Below are positions 26,575 through 30,983 of a DNA stretch of 30,983 bases, piece by piece. The DNA lies in contig JAANOX010000119.1 of NCBI GenBank assembly GCA_020184695.1, positions 1 to 30,983 on the forward strand. Direction: 5' to 3'. The stretch is from Histomonas meleagridis 2922-C6/04-290x. Its lineage: Eukaryota > Protista > Parabasalia. The position numbers were made by a program, and so were the translations under genes. The notes below the pieces were generated by a model. It searched no databases and was not told the DNA's origin. It saw only the letters and a list, made by a program, of their open reading frames with translations. The number at the start of each line of letters is the position of its first letter. Position 1 is the first letter of the stretch.

Positions 26575-28909
26575 CATGATCTCAGTTCTTTGATGTCTGT
26601 AAACAGATATTGATTTATTATGAGCTTTCTTACCATTTTCATATTAGTTAAATCTCTGTATCAGTCTTGCTTTACCACTTTGGTTTATTGTGTTGTTTTG
26701 TTATGCTCAGGACTTTTCTTCATTTGATCAGTCTGCCTGGTTGCATTTTGTGTCTGCAAATGATTATAATGCGGTGGCGTACTGTCCCAATACCTGGATT
26801 GTTATTGATTTATATGCAAACGCCATTTTCATCCCCTGCTATTGTGGCGTTTATCCCAGCCATTTATCTCGATATTGTTTCGGTCTCATTCGATATTTAG
26901 ACTGCTTGGATGTCTGATTTCATGTTCGCTGGTATATGATGCGATAACTACATTCCGACATTGTGCGAGCGTTGTGTAGCTAACAGCATTTGGACATGAT
27001 TGTCTGATTTGACTGATCTTATCCACTCCCAAAACCCCCTGAGTCGTCTTGGCTATCGAGAGGAATTTCCAGCGTACTTCAAATTGGGTTAATATCGCTT
27101 TGTGGTCTCTGTTTGGGTCTCGCCTTCGTTTTTCTGTGATGTGAACAGATCAGTTCACGACCAGGACCAAATGCATCAATACAGTTGGACGAGGCAGCCC
27201 TTCATTTGCGATGTTTTCAAACTCATTTGTGATATCTGTTAACTTAGTTCATTGATTCTTTGTATTTTTTTATGATGGTTCCCTGTTCAGCGTTGCTTTG
27301 CATTCTCGTTCTCTTTTACGTTCCTCGTTTCGTGATGGTCTTCGATTCTGATGTATTATAAAACACTGTTGTTGCGGACCACGGCGCTAATGAAGTATCT
27401 CTGGGTGAAGGTCCAACTGTTATAGTGATCTACTGTTCAAACTTCAGTATCTTGATCATGTCCTGTTGCACGACGTTCTGTTTTGCTAATGCCCCCTGTG
27501 TTGTGATCTTCGGGCATTGGCAACTCATATGGTGTGCCGTGATCATTGTTATTCTAACGCTTAGCTCATGGATGTCGACTTTGGGTTCTCTTGGTTATTG
27601 CTTAAGTCTGATGGAATCCAATGTGATGATCTCTGTTTGTTCATCTTTGGTGCGGATGTTTCTGATAAATATATTACAACCCTGTATTTTGTGTTTTGAT
27701 TGACTTTTCCAGGTATTATTCAGTATTCGTGTATTTTCATGTTTGTTCTGGTTTAAGCTTTGTGGAAGCCCAGATGTTGTTGACCACCTTATAATGGACG
27801 TCATATTGTTGAATCGGAGTTCTGCAACTAATGTCTTGGTTTTCTTGACTTTGATTTGAAATTGTTATATGCCTGTGTTGATTATGATTTCTGGCGGTCG
27901 ATCGTCAGGATAATGGATCTTATTTTCCGCCGGTGAGATCATCAGATTCGGACAATCAGTTTTGATGCAAGCCTAAGTAAATTCAAATTACTTTTATTTT
28001 TTTCCATTTCCTTGGCAATGGTTCATCTATACCTTTAAAGTTAGGCAGACAATTAGAATACACATGTTTCAGCGGATTTCCCGTCATGGATCAAGCCAGC
28101 ATTGGTTCCTGGTGGAAACAGAGTCATCGTTCCATTATCGGTACCATCGTTCTTTTGGGAACAATGGGATTCATTATTCCGCGTTTCTTCAATGTTTATT
28201 GATTTGAGTTAGTATGTTTCTTGTGTGGGGTCGATCGTTCTATTGATATCATTATTGTTGCTGTTTCTGCTGAACTCTTCATTTATTTGAAACCTGTACT
28301 CATCCGGGCTTCAATTTTGAACTTATTGCTTTGAGTTATTGGGAGTGCTTTCGGTGATCAACCAGGACGTCATCATATTCCACGCTGTTAGGCGGTCACA
28401 CCAAGTGTTTTTCATGAGGATTTTGAAACACTGAAATTGGATCTGGCGACTTATTGCTGGTTCAATATTGGTTGATGGAATCTTGCAAAAAACTAATGAC
28501 GTAGAAACGATTTGTTCATTAGTAGCAATACCAATTCCTGATTCTGCATCGAACTGTTCATCGGGTAGCAGTGTTGTTCTTCGAAACAAAGTCCGCAGAA
28601 TGGATGCAAGTTGTTCTTGAGGTTTTTGATCTTATCTTCACCAATGTGAGAGCAATCTTACTGAAAGCTGCATTTGGAAGAACCTTTTGTGATAACTACA
28701 AAGTAAAACACCTTTAGCATGGACATCAGATGATGGGATTTTGGCTTCTTGAATAGCTAATAAGAGACGACTTATTTGATTTTGATTCTTAAGAAGCTAG
28801 TAGCTTCTGTCTCGGAAATTCCAATTGATAGGAACACCTTTTTGTTCCTCACTCTTGTGATTATTGGTCAGTGGCAGTTTGTGTAGGTTCAGCAAACCAA
28901 AATAACCAT
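26575..28909 (-). pseudogene. QARS1: Eukaryotic-type glutaminyl-tRNA synthetase, heavily frameshifted (likely sequencing error); boundaries approximate
   Basis: N-terminal domain: VFLSIGISETEATSF/LKNQ (28811-28834; cf. LFTSLGLSEQKARETLKN), AKGVLL, QFDAESGIGI..T.EQI (cf. DFERECGVGV..TPEQI). Catalytic T[R]FPP[E]P[N]G at ~28098-28127. Later YPDD..PEI, YRV..Y/KHPH, LDSI, ISK, SW..[P]R, ITN, LKYAG and GF..WI occur at spacings matching a ~780-aa GlnRS. Confidence 0.7.
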
Positions 28910-29279
28910 TTTAGATAAGCTGGCTCGATTTTCACACAAAATAAATATGGGAAAGTCGTTACAAAAAATATATATTTTGCATTAATTTAATAATATTGAT
29001 GATTAATATTAAGACAATGTAATGAAATTAATATATTACTTTTATTCTTTGATTTTTATAATATAATTTTGATATTCAATTGTATTTAATTTTAGATTAA
29101 TAAAATTAACTTGTTATAACAATATCTAATGGATATATTTTGCAGATTATTGAGATTAAAATATTGTAAAATATTGTAAGTTTGTGAAAACAAAAATTTG
29201 GTCACATTAAATTTAAATAATTTCTATAAATAAAAAATGAATTAAAATAAAATTATACTTAAATTATTGTGGTTGGACA

Positions 29280-30983
29280 AGACAAGTTTGTTTACTTTGG
29301 TTTGTTTGTCATTTTCTTGAAAGCTACTTGGAACAAGATTAATCTAAGCGTTTGAAGGCCCAAACAAGGACTACCACAAACCGATACCATCTTGATGTAT
29401 GGTGTTCTGAACCTTGAATATTTGTCTGATTCTATCTGTTAAAGACCTGGGTGTTTGCCTTCTGTGATGACGAGTGTCGGACTTTTATTACGTCTTTGAT
29501 TGGGTTCTGTTTTGTTCATATGCTGTGGTAGCTCATTGAGTCTCATGATCTTGTTGGTATTTACCTTCAATCGTTGGTTGTCGTTTCTCTCGATCAAATC
29601 CAAGAGAATGCGCGCCAATGTTGTTCTCCAGAAGAATATCTACCTGGTTTCCCGGTTCTGTGATTACCGCGATGGTTCTCTGGTTTTCATCTGATGGAGA
29701 ATTTTGGTGGATGAACTTAAATCCTCTGTTGATTATGCTCTTGTTTGACTAGTTTGTTTCAATACTATGATGTGTTCTTCATTGTCATTGTTCCAGTTAC
29801 CTGCCTTCTCTTTAGTCTCATCTTTATTGGTGGGATCAAGGTGATGATCTATGGAAACTGCTGAAGGAAGTGTGTCTATAGCGCAGGTGGTTTTAGAAAA
29901 ATGAGTAATAACGCTGGAACATCTTTGATTGGGTATTTATTACTGCGTCGACGTGTTTCAGGCGATGGTCATCATTGTTCTAGAAGCATCGGCTATACTG
30001 ATGAGATATTGTGATGATATGGGACCTATCATTTTTTTTAGTGTGTCTTCGATGTGTGTTCCCTTATCCATCCGGCGACGCTAACAGATCTTTGTTTTAT
30101 TCGATCGGTTCGGGTAGTGACAGTGTTTTCCCTTTGCAACTGTTTCAGCAGTGCGCACGCATCGGTTAATTCATTGTGGAGTTTTCCCTGATTTGCGCGA
30201 AGGTGATGGCATCGTGATTAAAATACGCGACCGTCGTTCGTTAATTTATGTTCATGCGGAAGTCCCATCTGGCATATTCATGTGAAGCGATTGCCAATGT
30301 TTTCCAGTCTCGTTGAAGTTGATACCTATTGTCTGTTGCTGGTTGGCGAACTGAAGTTTGCTTTGCAGTTATTGTTCTTGAGTTGTTTATCGTGTATTTA
30401 TTTTTGTTATTAGTGGAAGATATTCAAATTCTTGAATAATTCGTTTCCCATCAGGACCAGAAAATTTTGAAGTCAAAGTTCCTATGTAGGCTCTGGTTTT
30501 GTCTCATTTATTTGGTTTTGCCAGCGCAGGCGTGCTGTTATTGCTGATCTGCGGACAGCTCAACGTACATCGACGACCTAATAACCATGCGTGACCAGTG
30601 TCTGTTCATTTGATGTTTCACCTTTCCCATGACTGGTGTCATGGGCGACAAATCTCAACGATATGTGTTGTTTATTTGATTCAGTTCTTGATATAAAAGA
30701 AGGTCAAAATTTTTCATTGAGAAACTTACCTGGCGTTGGTTTACATAGCCTGAATGAAACTTTTGGAATCGGCATCGTACTTTAGATGCTGTTTCTGTCG
30801 TTAAGTTATTCGTTCTCATTGTGACGATGCTGCTTGTGTTTGTGGAATAATCTTTCGTTCGTTATCGTCTTCTGCTTGTTTGCCAAGGCTATCCTCTGAA
30901 GGTTGATCCCTCTTCGTGTTGATTAACCTGAATGATCTTCAGAAAGCGCCGAGAATCAAATTTTTAATATGGTTTTTCTCAAA
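29280..30983 (-). other. Fragmented coding-like sequence of unknown identity, probably continuing beyond the window
   Basis: Higher GC than the flanking 28960-29270 spacer. Short protein-like minus-strand segments (e.g. GTLTSKFSGPDGKRIIQEFEYLPLITK, KTLAIASHEYARWDFRM, DILLENNIGAHSLGFD) in shifting frames. Confidence 0.35.

Noticed and set aside
27150-27190. IDAFGPGREL resembling a HECT-domain GIDxGGPxRE motif
   Set aside because: It lies within the collinear GlnRS anticodon-binding region, and no other HECT motifs are present.
28960-29270. Very AT-rich stretch (also 9050-9630 and 14130-14400) as a mobile element or origin
   Set aside because: No terminal inverted repeats, target-site duplication or internal periodicity seen; ordinary spacer composition.
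22200-30983. Alternative genetic code or stop-codon readthrough as the cause of broken genes
   Set aside because: The breaks are mostly frame changes rather than one recurring in-frame stop, and intact genes on the left terminate with TAA, TAG and TGA.
1-30983. tRNA, rRNA, CRISPR arrays, transposase or Maverick genes
   Set aside because: No cloverleaf, rRNA-like segment, repeat-spacer array, or integrase/polB/transposase motif was recognised by eye; a covariance-model scan would be needed to exclude small RNAs.

Overview
AT-rich, gene-dense, apparently intron-less eukaryotic DNA. The BspA-like surface protein, Inr-like TCA(C/T)T motifs just upstream of ATGs and the gene repertoire point to a parabasalid protist (Histomonas/Tritrichomonas/Trichomonas-like); the species cannot be fixed from sequence alone. 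Bases 1 to ~22,000 hold ten intact or open genes. In order: a >1,100-aa minus-strand ORF missed by the ORF track, a PKA regulatory subunit with a degenerate cAMP site A, a BspA-like LRR membrane protein with a recent 267-bp tandem duplication, a PinX1/Gno1-like G-patch protein, a membrane-anchored GH13 alpha-amylase, an ARM-like protein, a Vta1-like protein, a SWSAP1-like RAD51 paralogue, a small helical protein, a kinesin-6-like motor. A Kelch/coiled-coil protein follows as an eleventh. Several intergenic gaps contain gene relics, including an amylase-paralogue fragment. From ~22,200 to the end every gene is broken by frameshifts or stops: tetraspanin-like, 14-3-3-like, DHHC-like, a second kinesin-6-like gene, glutaminyl-tRNA synthetase and one unidentified gene. 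The homopolymer-deletion pattern suggests unpolished long-read sequence rather than true decay. All family assignments come from manual motif recognition, not database searches. I found no clearly new multi-gene system. The best leads are the atypical PKA-R, the amylase lacking domain C, the SWSAP1-like gene and a paired CGTTTA motif shared by both kinesin promoters.
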